A DNA stretch of 64,000 bases from an uncultured Candidatus Rokubacteria bacterium (GTDB taxonomy: Bacteria > Methylomirabilota > Methylomirabilia > Rokubacteriales > CSP1-6), in assembly GCA_963771355.1 (NCBI GenBank), contig CAVYTA010000003.1, positions 8,785-72,784 of the forward strand, written 5' to 3'. The notes below the pieces were generated by a model. The model had not been told where the DNA came from, did not search any database, and saw only the letters and a program-made list of their open reading frames with translations. Positions 51,335 to 64,000 of the stretch are shown in pieces. The stretch's first letter is position 1; each line of letters opens with the position of its first letter. The position numbers and the translations under genes are program-made.

Positions 51335-52627
51335 CTACTGCGCGCGATCGAGGCGCTCGAGCCCGCCCATGTACGGGCGGAGGACGGGCGGCACGGTGAC
51401 GCTGCCGTCGGCCTCCTGGTAGTTCTCGAGGACGGCGATGAGGGTGCGGCCCACCGCGAGGCCGGAGCCGTTGAGGGTGTGGCAGAATTCCGTCTTGCCG
51501 CCGCCGGCGGGCCGGAACTTGAGGTCGAGCCGGCGGGCCTGGAAGGCCTCGCAGTTCGAGCAGGACGAGATCTCTCGATATTTCCCCTGCCCCGGCAGCC
51601 ACACCTCGATGTCATAGCTCTTGGCCGCCGTGAAGCTCGCGTCCCCCGCGCAATGGAGCACCACGCGGTACGGGATCTCCAGGCGCTTCAGCACCTCTTC
51701 CGCCTCGACCACCATGGACTCCAGCTCGTCGTAGGACTGGGCGGGCGTGGTGACCTTCACCAGCTCCACCTTGTCGAACTGGTGCTGGCGGATCATGCCC
51801 TTCATGTCCTTGCCGTAGGTGCCTGCCTCGCGGCGATAGCAGGGCGTGAAGGCGGTGTAGCGGCGCGGCAGGGTCGCCTCGGCGAGGGTCTCGTCGGCGT
51901 GGAGCGCGGTGAGCGGCACCTCCGCGGTGGGGATCAGGTAGAGCAGCCGGTTCTCGTCCGCCTCGTGGGTCTTGAAGAGCCCGTCCTCGAACTTGGGCAG
52001 CTGCCCGGTCCGGAGCATGGTGCTCCCGTTCACGAGCTGCGGCACCCAGAGCTCGGTATAGCCATGCTCGCGCGTGTGGAGGTCGAGCATGAACTGGGTG
52101 AGCGCGCGCCCAAGCCGCGCCGCGGGGCCCCACATCACGGTGAAGCGCGACTTGGCGAGCTTGACCGCGCGGGCGAAGTCGAGCAGGCCCAGGGCCTCGC
52201 CGAGCACGTCGTGGGATTTGGGGTCGAAGCCGAACTGGCGGGGCTCGCCCCAGCGGCGGATCTCCACGTTCTCGTCTTCCGTGGTGCCGGGCGGGACGGA
52301 GGGGTGCGGGAGATTGGGTAGCTGGAGCAGCAGGGCCTCGACCTGCTCGTCGACCTGCTTGACCTGGGCGTCGAGATCCTTGATGCGGTCCCCGACCTCG
52401 CGCATCCGCGCCGTGACGGCCTCGGGATTTTCGCCGCGGCGCTTGGCCTGACCGATGGCTTCCGAGGCGCGGTTGCGCTCGGCCTTGAGGGCCTCCACCT
52501 CCGCGATGAGCCGGCGCCGCTCGGCGTCCTTGGCGACGATCTCGCGGACCAGCTCGGCGCCCCCCCGGTCCCGGAGCCCGCGCTCCACCGCCTCGGGATT
52601 CTCGCGGAGGAGGCGGATGTCCAGCAT
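51335..52627 (-). CDS. serS: serine--tRNA ligase
   Basis: LIPTAEVP, RQHQFDKVE, REISSCSN, TLNGSGLAVGR. Confidence 0.99.
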   Translation of the reverse strand: MLDIRLLRENPEAVERGLRDRGGAELVREIVAKDAERRRLIAEVEALKAERNRASEAIGQAKRRGENPEAVTARMREVGDRIKDLDAQVKQVDEQVEALLLQLPNLPHPSVPPGTTEDENVEIRRWGEPRQFGFDPKSHDVLGEALGLLDFARAVKLAKSRFTVMWGPAARLGRALTQFMLDLHTREHGYTELWVPQLVNGSTMLRTGQLPKFEDGLFKTHEADENRLLYLIPTAEVPLTALHADETLAEATLPRRYTAFTPCYRREAGTYGKDMKGMIRQHQFDKVELVKVTTPAQSYDELESMVVEAEEVLKRLEIPYRVVLHCAGDASFTAAKSYDIEVWLPGQGKYREISSCSNCEAFQARRLDLKFRPAGGGKTEFCHTLNGSGLAVGRTLIAVLENYQEADGSVTVPPVLRPYMGGLERLDRAQ

Positions 52628-52640
52628 GGCGGGGCCCCGG

Positions 52641-55079
52641 CTAGACGGTGGCGGCGGGCGTCTGCTCGGCGTCGACGCGGGCGAGGCTGCCGACCTTGTC
52701 GTCGGCGTCGAGGTCCACGATGCGGACGCCCATGGTATTGCGGCCCTGGAGCTTCACGTCGGTGGCGTGGAAGCGAATCATCTTGCCCTTGGTGGTGACG
52801 AGCAGCACATCGTCGTCGTCGCGCACCTGAAGCATGCCCACCACCGTTCCGTTCCGCCCCTCCGTCTTGATGTCGATGATGCCCTTGCCGGCGCGGCCCT
52901 GGAGCCGGTACTCCTCCAGCGGGGTGCGCTTGCCGTACCCGCGCTCGGTGACGGTGAGGATGCTCGCGCCCTCCTGCACCACGTCGGCGCAGATGACGGC
53001 GTCACCCTCGTCCACGTCGATGCCGCGGACGCCGGCGGCGGTGCGGCCCATGGGGCGCACCTCTTCCTCGCTGAAGCGGATGATCATCCCCGCCTTGGTA
53101 GCGAGGAGGACCTCACGCTGGCCGTCGGTGCGGCGGGCGGCCATCACCTCGTCGCCGTCCTCCAGCGTGATGGCCTGGATGCCGCCCGAGCGCGGATGCG
53201 AGAAGGCGGACAGCTCGGTCTTCTTCACCTTGCCCTGGCGGGTGGCGAAGATGACCCAGCCGCCGGTCTCGAAGTCGCGCACGGGCACGCAGGTCGCCAC
53301 CGACTCGCCCTCGGCGAGCGCCAGCACATTGGCCATGGCCTTGCCCTTGGCCTGCCGCCCGCCCTCGGGGATCTCGTGCACCTTGAGCCAGTGCACCTTG
53401 CCCTTGGTGGTGAAGAAGAGGAGGAAGGAGTGGGTGGACGCCACGAAGAGATCGTCGACGATGTCCTCTTCCTTGGTCTCCATGCCGGTCACGCCCTTGC
53501 CCCCCCGCTTCTGGCTGCGGTAGGACTCCACGTGCGTCCGCTTGATGTAGCCGGAGCGCGTGATGGTGACCACCATGTCGTCGTCGGCGAGGAGGTCCTC
53601 GATGGTGAGGTCGGTGGTCTCGGCGAGGATCTCGGTGCGGCGCGCGTCGCCGAAGGTCTCCTTCAGGGACAATAGCTCGTCCCGGATGATGCCCATCAGC
53701 CGGCGGTCGGACTCGAGGATGCCCTTGAGGTCGGCGATGAGGGCCAGGGTCTGCTCGTGCTCCTCCACGATCTTGTGCCGCTCCAGCTGGGTGAGGCGCT
53801 GGAGCCGCATGTCGAGGATGGCCTTGGCCTGGATCTCGGTGAGCTGGAGCCGCCGCATCAGGCCCTCGCGGGCGGCGTCGGGATTCTCCGCTCCGCGGAT
53901 GATGGCGATGACGAGGTCGAGCGCGTCCACCGCCTTGCGCAGGCCTTCGAGGATGTGCGCGCGCTCCTCGGCCCGGGCGAGGTCGTACTTCGTACGGCGG
54001 GTGACGATCTCGCGGCGGAAGGCGATGAACTCCTGCAGCATCTGCTTGAGGTTGACGATCTGCGGCCGCCGGCCCACCAGCGCCAGCATGATCACGCCGA
54101 ACGTCGTCTGCATCTGGGTGTGCTTGTAGAGCTGGTTGATGGCGATCTGCGGGATCTCGCCGCGCCCCAGCTCCAGCACCACCCGGATGCCTTCGCGGCT
54201 CGACTCGTCGCGGCGCTCCGAGATGCCCTCGATCTTCTTCTCGCGCATCAGCTCGCCGATCTTCTCGATGAGCGTGGCCTTGTTCACCTGGTACGGCAGC
54301 TCGGTGACGATGATGGCCTCGCGCCCGCCGCGGAGCTTCTCCACGTGCGCCTTGGCGCGCAGGGTGATGATGCCGCGCCCGGTGGTATAGGCCTCGCGGA
54401 TCCCGTTGCGGCCGTAGATGTAGCCGGCGGTGGGGAAGTCCGGCCCCGGGATCACCTTCATCAAGTCTTCGATCGACGTGTCCGGGTTGTCGATGAGCAG
54501 GACGAGGCCGTCCACGATCTCGCCCAGGTTGTGGGGCGGGATATTGGTGGCCATGCCGACCGCGATGCCCGAGGAGCCGTTGATGAGGAGGTTCGGCACC
54601 TTGGTGGGGAGGACGGTGGGCTCCTGGAGGGACTCGTCGAAATTGGGGAGAAAGTCGACGGTGTCCTTCTCGATGTCGGCGAGGAGCTCGTGCGCGATGC
54701 GGGACAGTCGCGCCTCGGTATAGCGCATGGCCGCGGGCGGATCGCCGTCGATGGAGCCGAAGTTCCCCTGCCCGTCCACCAGCGGGTAGCGGAGGGAGAA
54801 CTCCTGGACCATGCGGACCAGGGCTTCGTACACGGGCGAGTCGCCGTGCGGATGATATTTGCCCAGCACCTCGCCCACCACGCGCGCCGACTTCTTGTAG
54901 GGGCGGTTGAACACCAGGCCCAGCTCGGACATGGCGTACAGCACGCGGCGGTGCACGGGCTTGAGGCCGTCGCGGATGTCGGGCAGGGCGCGGCCGACGA
55001 TGACGGACATCGCATAGTCGAGATACGACCTGCGCATCTCCTCTTCGATGGGAACCGGCGTCTGACGTTCGGGGGACAT
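52641..55079 (-). CDS. gyrA: DNA gyrase subunit A
   Basis: HPHGDS, AAMRYTE, GyrA box QKRGGKG. Confidence 0.99.
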   Translation of the reverse strand: MSPERQTPVPIEEEMRRSYLDYAMSVIVGRALPDIRDGLKPVHRRVLYAMSELGLVFNRPYKKSARVVGEVLGKYHPHGDSPVYEALVRMVQEFSLRYPLVDGQGNFGSIDGDPPAAMRYTEARLSRIAHELLADIEKDTVDFLPNFDESLQEPTVLPTKVPNLLINGSSGIAVGMATNIPPHNLGEIVDGLVLLIDNPDTSIEDLMKVIPGPDFPTAGYIYGRNGIREAYTTGRGIITLRAKAHVEKLRGGREAIIVTELPYQVNKATLIEKIGELMREKKIEGISERRDESSREGIRVVLELGRGEIPQIAINQLYKHTQMQTTFGVIMLALVGRRPQIVNLKQMLQEFIAFRREIVTRRTKYDLARAEERAHILEGLRKAVDALDLVIAIIRGAENPDAAREGLMRRLQLTEIQAKAILDMRLQRLTQLERHKIVEEHEQTLALIADLKGILESDRRLMGIIRDELLSLKETFGDARRTEILAETTDLTIEDLLADDDMVVTITRSGYIKRTHVESYRSQKRGGKGVTGMETKEEDIVDDLFVASTHSFLLFFTTKGKVHWLKVHEIPEGGRQAKGKAMANVLALAEGESVATCVPVRDFETGGWVIFATRQGKVKKTELSAFSHPRSGGIQAITLEDGDEVMAARRTDGQREVLLATKAGMIIRFSEEEVRPMGRTAAGVRGIDVDEGDAVICADVVQEGASILTVTERGYGKRTPLEEYRLQGRAGKGIIDIKTEGRNGTVVGMLQVRDDDDVLLVTTKGKMIRFHATDVKLQGRNTMGVRIVDLDADDKVGSLARVDAEQTPAATV

Positions 55080-55103
55080 GAGGCTCCTTCGGACTGGTGC
55101 CGC

Positions 55104-58567
<3,464 letters not shown>

Positions 58568-58591
58568 CCGGGATTCGCTCCTCCCTGAATC

Positions 58592-59686
58592 CTAAATTCG
58601 CATGGGCATTATAACACACAGCGCTCCCTCCTCCTCAAAGCTCCTGACCACTCCCGGGCTCATTCCGTCCTTCATTTCGAGCACGATTTGCTCGCCGGTC
58701 TGGGCGGTGAGCGCGTCGAGGAGATAGCGCGAATTGAACCCGATGGTGATGTCCTCGCCCGCGTATTCCACCTCGAGACTCTCCTCCGCCTCGCCGAAAT
58801 CCGGATGGTAGGCGGCGAGCTTCAACGTCCCCGGAGAGAGCATGAGCTTCACCGGCTTGGTCCGCTCCTCCGAGAGAACCGAGACTCGACGCAGCGCGGC
58901 GCTCAGCGCGGCCTTGGCCACGGTGATCCGCCGCGGGTGCGCCTTCGGCACCACCTGCTCGTAGTTAGGGAACGTTCCTTCGATGAGGCGGGCCATGAGG
59001 AGGGTACTCGGCATCTGGAGCAGGAACTGATTGTCCGTGACCGAGACCTGCACTTCCTCACCGGAACCCACGATGCGGGCGATCTCCTGCACCGCCTTCC
59101 GCGGCACGATTCCCGAGACACCCCCGCCGCCGTTCACGAGGGGCCGCGTGGCCAGGGCGAGGCGATGGCCGTCGGTGGCCACCAGCCGGATCTCCTTCCC
59201 CTGGATGGTGAAGAGGACCCCGTTCAGCGCGTAGCGGCTCTCGTCATGCGACACCGCGAAGCTGGTCTGGGCGAGCATGTCCCGGAGCACCTTGCCGTCG
59301 AGGCTGATCCAGGACGCCGACTCCCCGACTCCCACCGCGGGGAAATCGTCCGGCGCCAGCCCGACCAGCTTGTACGAGGCGCCCCCGCAGCGCAGGGCCA
59401 CCCAGGCATTGTCCTGAACGCGGATGGCCAGTGGCGCGGCGGGCAACTCCTTCACGATCTCCATGAGCTTCCGGGCCGACATGGTGATGGATCCCGGCTT
59501 GGTCACCTTGGCCGGCACCGAGACACGGGCAGCGACCTCGAGATCGGTCGCCGTCAACCGCACCGCCTCCGTTCCCGCTTCCACCAGCACATTGGCCAGG
59601 ATCGGTAAGGTCTGCCGGGGTTCCACGATGTTGTGCACGAGCTGTAGTCCCCGGATGAAAGCGTCGCGATCCACATGCACTTCCAT
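58592..59686 (-). CDS. dnaN: DNA polymerase III beta sliding clamp
   Basis: ATDLE, ATDGHRL, FPNYEQV, IMPMRI. Confidence 0.99.
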   Translation of the reverse strand: MEVHVDRDAFIRGLQLVHNIVEPRQTLPILANVLVEAGTEAVRLTATDLEVAARVSVPAKVTKPGSITMSARKLMEIVKELPAAPLAIRVQDNAWVALRCGGASYKLVGLAPDDFPAVGVGESASWISLDGKVLRDMLAQTSFAVSHDESRYALNGVLFTIQGKEIRLVATDGHRLALATRPLVNGGGGVSGIVPRKAVQEIARIVGSGEEVQVSVTDNQFLLQMPSTLLMARLIEGTFPNYEQVVPKAHPRRITVAKAALSAALRRVSVLSEERTKPVKLMLSPGTLKLAAYHPDFGEAEESLEVEYAGEDITIGFNSRYLLDALTAQTGEQIVLEMKDGMSPGVVRSFEEEGALCVIMPMRI

Positions 59687-59850
59687 TAAGTTCTCCCTTG
59701 TTTCAGAGAAAGAAGAAAGATACTACCGTCGTCGTAGGAGACGTAGGACGTGTGGAGAACGAGCGGGACGCGAAAGCGCCGAGGGCGGCGGTGTTTGGGA
59801 GGCGCGATGCCTGTGGACGGGCGCGTGGACAGAGCGGGGGGCGCGGTGGG
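59687..59850. promoter_or_regulatory. oriC, dnaA-dnaN part: DnaA boxes, trio-like repeats and AT-rich tract
   Basis: TGTGGAGAA at 59751-59759; degenerate boxes at 59812 and 59824; minus-strand CTA-CGT-CTC-CTA-CGA-CGA next to the box; purine/AT tract ~59690-59725. Confidence 0.7.
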
Positions 59851-61170
59851 TCATAGCGAGATGTTCTGTATAAGCGAGTCGATGGTCTTCTTGAATTTGG
59901 GATCTTCCTGGAGCATCAAGTGGATCTTCTCGACACCGTGGAGCACGGTGGTATGGTCCTTGCCGCCGAAGGAACGTCCGATTTCACTGAGGGACGCGTG
60001 AGTGAGCTGGCGCGCCACGTACATCGCGACCTGGCGCGGGAACGCGATGGCCTTGGTGCGATTCTTGGCGCGTAGGTCCGAGAGCTTGATCCCGAAGAAT
60101 TCCGCGACCTTCCGCTGGATGTGATCGATCGTGATGATCCGCTCGTCCTCGCCCCACAGATCGGAGAGAACTTCCTGGGCCAGCTCCACCGTCATGTCTC
60201 GCCCGCTGAGCGCGCAGAAGGCGATCATGCGGGTGAGCGACCCCTCGATCTCACGGATGTTGGCCTTGATCCGGCTGGCGATGAGATAGGCGACGTCGTC
60301 GGGGAGCTGGACGCGCTCCACCTCGGCTTTCTTCTTGAGAATGGCCACGCGCGTCTCGAAGTCGGGGGGCTGGATGTCGGCGATCAGCCCCCACTCGAAG
60401 CGGGAGCGTAGCCGCTCCTCGAGCTCGGGGATCTCCTTGGGGGCGGCGTCGGACGAGAGCACGATCTGCTTCCGCGCCTCGTAGAGGTCGTTGAACGTGT
60501 GGAAGAACTCTTCCTGCGTCCGCTCCTTGCCCGAGATGAACTGGACGTCGTCGATGAGGAGGAGGTCGATGTTGCGGTACTTGGCGCGGAACTCCGCGGT
60601 CCGGTCGTAGCGGATGGCGTTGATGAGCTCGTTGGTGAAGCGCTCCGAGGAGAGGTACAGCACGTGGAGGTGGGGATACGCCTTGGCGACTTGATGGCCC
60701 ACCGCGTGGAGCAGATGGGTCTTGCCGAGGCCCACCCCGCCATAGATGAAGAGCGGGTTATACGCTCGCGAGGGCAGATCGGCCACCGCCTGGCAGGCGG
60801 CCTGAGCGAACTGGTTGGAGTTGCCGACGACGAACGATTCGAACGTGTAACGCGCCGAGAGCCCGGTGGCCGGCGCGGAGGCAGGATCGCTGGCGGGCTG
60901 CGGCTCGGCGAGATCCGGCGCGGGCGCTTCCCGATCCACCTCGATGGTGACGCGAGGATTGCCGCCGAGCACCTCGCGCACGACGCCCTGGATGACGTCG
61001 GTGTGGTGCTGCGCGAGCCAGTCACGGGTGAACTTGCTCGGCGCGGCGATGCGCAGGTGGTCGCCGTTGAGCGCCGAGATACGGCAAGGCCGCACCCAGT
61101 TCTCGATGGTGGTCGCCGGAAGCTTGCGTTCGAGGACAGTCAGAAGCCGGGTCCAGAGAGAATCAAGCAT
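59851..61170 (-). CDS. dnaA: chromosomal replication initiator DnaA
   Basis: YNPLFIYGGVGLGKTH, LLIDD, RLRSRF, GGKDHTTV. Confidence 0.99.
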   Translation of the reverse strand: MLDSLWTRLLTVLERKLPATTIENWVRPCRISALNGDHLRIAAPSKFTRDWLAQHHTDVIQGVVREVLGGNPRVTIEVDREAPAPDLAEPQPASDPASAPATGLSARYTFESFVVGNSNQFAQAACQAVADLPSRAYNPLFIYGGVGLGKTHLLHAVGHQVAKAYPHLHVLYLSSERFTNELINAIRYDRTAEFRAKYRNIDLLLIDDVQFISGKERTQEEFFHTFNDLYEARKQIVLSSDAAPKEIPELEERLRSRFEWGLIADIQPPDFETRVAILKKKAEVERVQLPDDVAYLIASRIKANIREIEGSLTRMIAFCALSGRDMTVELAQEVLSDLWGEDERIITIDHIQRKVAEFFGIKLSDLRAKNRTKAIAFPRQVAMYVARQLTHASLSEIGRSFGGKDHTTVLHGVEKIHLMLQEDPKFKKTIDSLIQNISL

Positions 61171-61206
61171 AGGGGAGACTCAACCCGAAACAGACAGTTG
61201 GAGGAG

Positions 61207-61238
61207 TTACGCACAGAGTTATCCACAGGGGTGGATAA
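61207..61238. promoter_or_regulatory. DnaA boxes upstream of dnaA
   Basis: TTACGCACA 61207, perfect TTATCCACA 61219-61227, inverted GGTGGATAA 61230-61238. Confidence 0.85.
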
Positions 61239-61423
61239 CTCAGGGGGCTTTCGTGATCAAGGGGTTGGCGACACGAAACACGGCCCACCAGGTCACTTCC
61301 CATCAGTCTGGTCGCTAAGCGGCCACGAGCCCTTCCTGCCCAGGCGCTGCGCTCGGGCTCTCGGAGGAGTGCGGTGGCGAACAGTACCACACGAAGAAAT
61401 CGGCCTGCAAGGGGTCCGTTGCC

Positions 61424-61452
61424 TTGACTTGGCCGAGGGGCTTCCGTACTCT
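61424..61452 (+). promoter_or_regulatory. sigma-70 promoter of the rpmH operon
   Basis: TTGACT-17 bp-TACTCT. Confidence 0.65.
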
Positions 61453-61483
61453 ACGGGGGTTATTCGACTGAAAGGATCTCACG

Positions 61484-61618
61484 ATGAAGAGGACGTATCA
61501 GCCCAACCGGCGTCGCCGAGCCAAGACGCACGGGTTCCGCGAGCGCATGAAGACCAAGGGCGGCCGCAAGGTCCTGAAGCGGCGGCGCGCCAAGGGGCGG
61601 AAGCGGCTCACGGTCTAG
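61484..61618 (+). CDS. rpmH: 50S ribosomal protein L34
   Basis: Manual translation [44 protein letters not shown] (below the ORF-track cutoff). Confidence 0.99.
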   Translation: MKRTYQPNRRRRAKTHGFRERMKTKGGRKVLKRRRAKGRKRLTV

Positions 61619-61625
61619 CGCGACC

Positions 61626-62030
61626 GTGACGGCCCGCGGTGCGAAGCTGTTCGCGCTGCCGCGCGAGACGCGGCTTCGCGGCGCGGGGGAATTTCAGGCG
61701 GTATTCGAGCGGGGCAAGCGGGTGGAGCGGCCCGCGTTCGTCGCCCTGTGGATCCCCACCCCGGGCAGACAAAAAGTGGGGTTCACCGTGAGCCGGCAGG
61801 TCCGAGGGGCCGTCAAGCGAAACCGAGCCAGGCGGCGGCTCCGGGCAGCGTTCCGGCAGGAGCGCGCGGCTCTTCCATCAGACATATCAGTGGTCTTCGT
61901 CGGCCGACCCCTGGTCCAGAGTGTGTCGTTCGACGTGCTTGTCCAGAGCTTGGGCGACGTGTTCACCATGCTGCGGCGGCAGGGGCGCGAGCCGGGCTCG
62001 CGAGCGGGCCGACCGTCCGAGGCAACGTAA
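61626..62030 (+). CDS. rnpA: ribonuclease P protein component
   Basis: GFTVSRQV.GAVKRNRARRRLR RNR motif; synteny. Confidence 0.96.
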   Translation: MTARGAKLFALPRETRLRGAGEFQAVFERGKRVERPAFVALWIPTPGRQKVGFTVSRQVRGAVKRNRARRRLRAAFRQERAALPSDISVVFVGRPLVQSVSFDVLVQSLGDVFTMLRRQGREPGSRAGRPSEAT

Positions 62031-62032
62031 TC

Positions 62033-62278
62033 TTGCTCGTCAGAATCGCGGATGGCCTGTTGCGCGGGTATCAACTCGCGATCCGCCCGCTGCTGCCGGC
62101 GGCCTGCCGCTTCGAGCCGAGCTGCTCGCAATACGCGCGGATGGCCTTGGCCGAGCACGGGCTCATGCGCGGCATGTGGCTGACGGTGAAGCGCATCGGC
62201 CGATGTCATCCCTTTCACGCGGGGGGCTATGATCCTCCACCGCCCCGGCTGCCCAACCTCAACCGACAAGGGAAGTGA
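62033..62278 (+). CDS. yidD: membrane protein insertion efficiency factor
   Basis: CRFEPSCSQY...RIGRCHPF..GGYDP; TTG start inferred. Confidence 0.93.
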   Translation: MLVRIADGLLRGYQLAIRPLLPAACRFEPSCSQYARMALAEHGLMRGMWLTVKRIGRCHPFHAGGYDPPPPRLPNLNRQGK

Positions 62279-64000
62279 TGGAGAAGCGAGTCGTCTTGGC
62301 CGCCATGCTGATGGCCGGCCTGTTGATGTTGTATCAGACGCTATTCCTGTCGCCACCGGCAGAGACGCCGCAGCCGCAAAAGACTGAAACACCAGCAAAA
62401 ACGCCAACTTCTTCAGCCCCCCCTACCCCGGGAGCTGCCCAGGCTCCCGCGTCCCCCGGCTCGACCTCGCCCGGGGCGCCCGTGCCCGCCGCTTCCGCCG
62501 CCACTCCGGCGCCCGCCGTGCCGGAGCACACCGCGTCCGTGGAGAGCCCGTTGTATCGGGCCAAGGTCATCAGTCGCGGCGGGGATCTGCAGGAGTGGGA
62601 GCTCATCTATCGCGGTCAGAAGCCGCTGGTCATGCCCGGTCTCTTGGGCCCCACCGGTCTCACCGTCGAGCGTCCGGGGGCGCCCGCCCAGATCGTGGAC
62701 TTCTCCCTCTCCGGGGATCGCCTCGTGCCCACTCCGGAAAAGCCCGACGGAGAATTGCGACTGGCGGGAGAGGCCGGGTCCGGGCTTCGGATCAGCGAGA
62801 CGCTGCGCTTCCGCGCCGACAACTACACCGTCGAGCGGGTGATCCGCGTCGAGAACCGGAGCGCAACGGCGCAAAGCGCAGACCTGTCGCTCGCCTGGCG
62901 GACGCCCGTGGAATGGCCCAAGGACAGAGCCGAGCAGTTCCAGGGCCAGCACCCGATCCGCATCGTGGGGCTCTTCCAGGAGGGGCTGCGGCGCGAGGAT
63001 CTCGCCCACACCGCGACCCGGCTCGCCGACGGCACCTGGATCGCGCTCGAGAGCGAGTGGTATCTGTCCGCGCTCATCCCCAAGAGCCCGGGCTTCAAGC
63101 TGGTCGAGGCCAAGGTCAACGGCACCGCTCAGGTGGGCGTCCGCGTGACCTTGCCGAAGCTCGAGCCGGGCCAGGCCTGGGAAGGCACCGTGCTGAGCTA
63201 CGTCGGGCCCAAGGAGTATGACCGACTCAAGGCGTTCGGGATCGGGCTCGAAAAGGCTATATATTTCGGCGGTTTCCCGCTGCCACAAAACTATGGTGGC
63301 CTGCCGATGGAGTGGGTGACGGTTCCCCTGCTCTGGCTCCTGCACCTGTTCTACACGTACACGCACAATTACGGCGTCGCGATCATCCTGCTCACGGTGA
63401 TCATGAAGGCGCTCTTCTTCCCGCTCACCGTGAAGAGCATGCGGTCGATGAAGGCGATGCAGGCCATCCAGCCGCAGGTGAACCAGCTCCGCTCGAAGTA
63501 CAAGAACGATACCGCCAAGCTCCAGCAGGAGACGATGGCGCTGTACCGCCAGCACGGCGTGAACCCGCTCGGCGGCTGCCTGCCGATGATCGTGCAGATC
63601 CCTGTGTTCTACGCGCTCTACGTGGCGCTGTCCGTCGCGGTTGAGATACAGAACGCGCCGTTCATCTGCTTCGGGCGGGCGTCCTCCTGGCTGCCATTGC
63701 TCGGCGGCAAGGAGCTCTGGATCTGTAATCTCGCCGACTACGATCCGACGTATATCCTCCCCTTGCTGATGGGCGCGTCCATGTTCGTGCAGCAGAAGAT
63801 GACGCCCGTGATGGGCGATCCGCGCCAGGCGAAGATCATGCTGCTGATGCCGGTGGTCTTCACCTTCATGTTCCTGAACCTCCCCTCGGGGCTCGTGCTC
63901 TACTGGACGCTCTCCAACGTGCTCCAGATCGCCCAGCAGCACTACATGGACAGCGGATTCAAGGTGGCGAAGACGCCGACGCGGGCAACGAAGAAGGCGT
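62278..64000 (+). CDS. yidC: membrane protein insertase YidC; stop lies at or just past the window edge
   Basis: YVGPK, NYGVAIILLT, NPLGGCLPM, GLVLYW motifs read from the DNA. Confidence 0.97.
   Translation, partial: MEKRVVLAAMLMAGLLMLYQTLFLSPPAETPQPQKTETPAKTPTSSAPPTPGAAQAPASPGSTSPGAPVPAASAATPAPAVPEHTASVESPLYRAKVISRGGDLQEWELIYRGQKPLVMPGLLGPTGLTVERPGAPAQIVDFSLSGDRLVPTPEKPDGELRLAGEAGSGLRISETLRFRADNYTVERVIRVENRSATAQSADLSLAWRTPVEWPKDRAEQFQGQHPIRIVGLFQEGLRREDLAHTATRLADGTWIALESEWYLSALIPKSPGFKLVEAKVNGTAQVGVRVTLPKLEPGQAWEGTVLSYVGPKEYDRLKAFGIGLEKAIYFGGFPLPQNYGGLPMEWVTVPLLWLLHLFYTYTHNYGVAIILLTVIMKALFFPLTVKSMRSMKAMQAIQPQVNQLRSKYKNDTAKLQQETMALYRQHGVNPLGGCLPMIVQIPVFYALYVALSVAVEIQNAPFICFGRASSWLPLLGGKELWICNLADYDPTYILPLLMGASMFVQQKMTPVMGDPRQAKIMLLMPVVFTFMFLNLPSGLVLYWTLSNVLQIAQQHYMDSGFKVAKTPTRATKKA

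Noticed and set aside
52628-52640. T-box leader for serS
   Set aside because: Only 13 nt between gyrA and serS, too short for a leader

Overview
A GC-rich bacterial chromosome segment covering the replication origin. The lineage is probably Ca. Rokubacteria/Methylomirabilota, inferred from the protein families and not proven. The right end holds the origin core: yidC-yidD-rnpA-rpmH, divergent from dnaA-dnaN-recF-gyrB-gyrA-serS, with DnaA boxes on both sides of dnaA. Leftward of serS is a Firmicutes-like backbone: all four tRNA-Ser genes, tRNA-Arg(ACG), tadA, a large Alu-type SRP RNA and dnaX-ybaB-recR. A ~15.8 kb island without an integrase interrupts it, bounded by a 47-bp duplication of the tRNA-Arg(ACG) 3' end. 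The island carries sufBCDSU plus DUF59, a TreS with an export signal next to a sugar MFS, an HPF-CSD fusion, a kinase/AAA protein and small basic proteins. Internally deleted copies of two of its own genes lie near its two ends. The left half has glcDEF with a TPP enzyme, moaB, HtrA, a lipase, HiPIP, ABC transporters and tRNA-Asn/His/Arg/Lys. The best candidate for an undescribed system is a tightly coupled two-gene cassette (9494-12720): a signal-less thermolysin-like metallopeptidase plus a ComEC-like MBL-fold nuclease with large insertions, possibly a protease-activated nuclease defence module. Four single-base frameshifts are probably sequencing errors. No CRISPR array or rRNA was seen.
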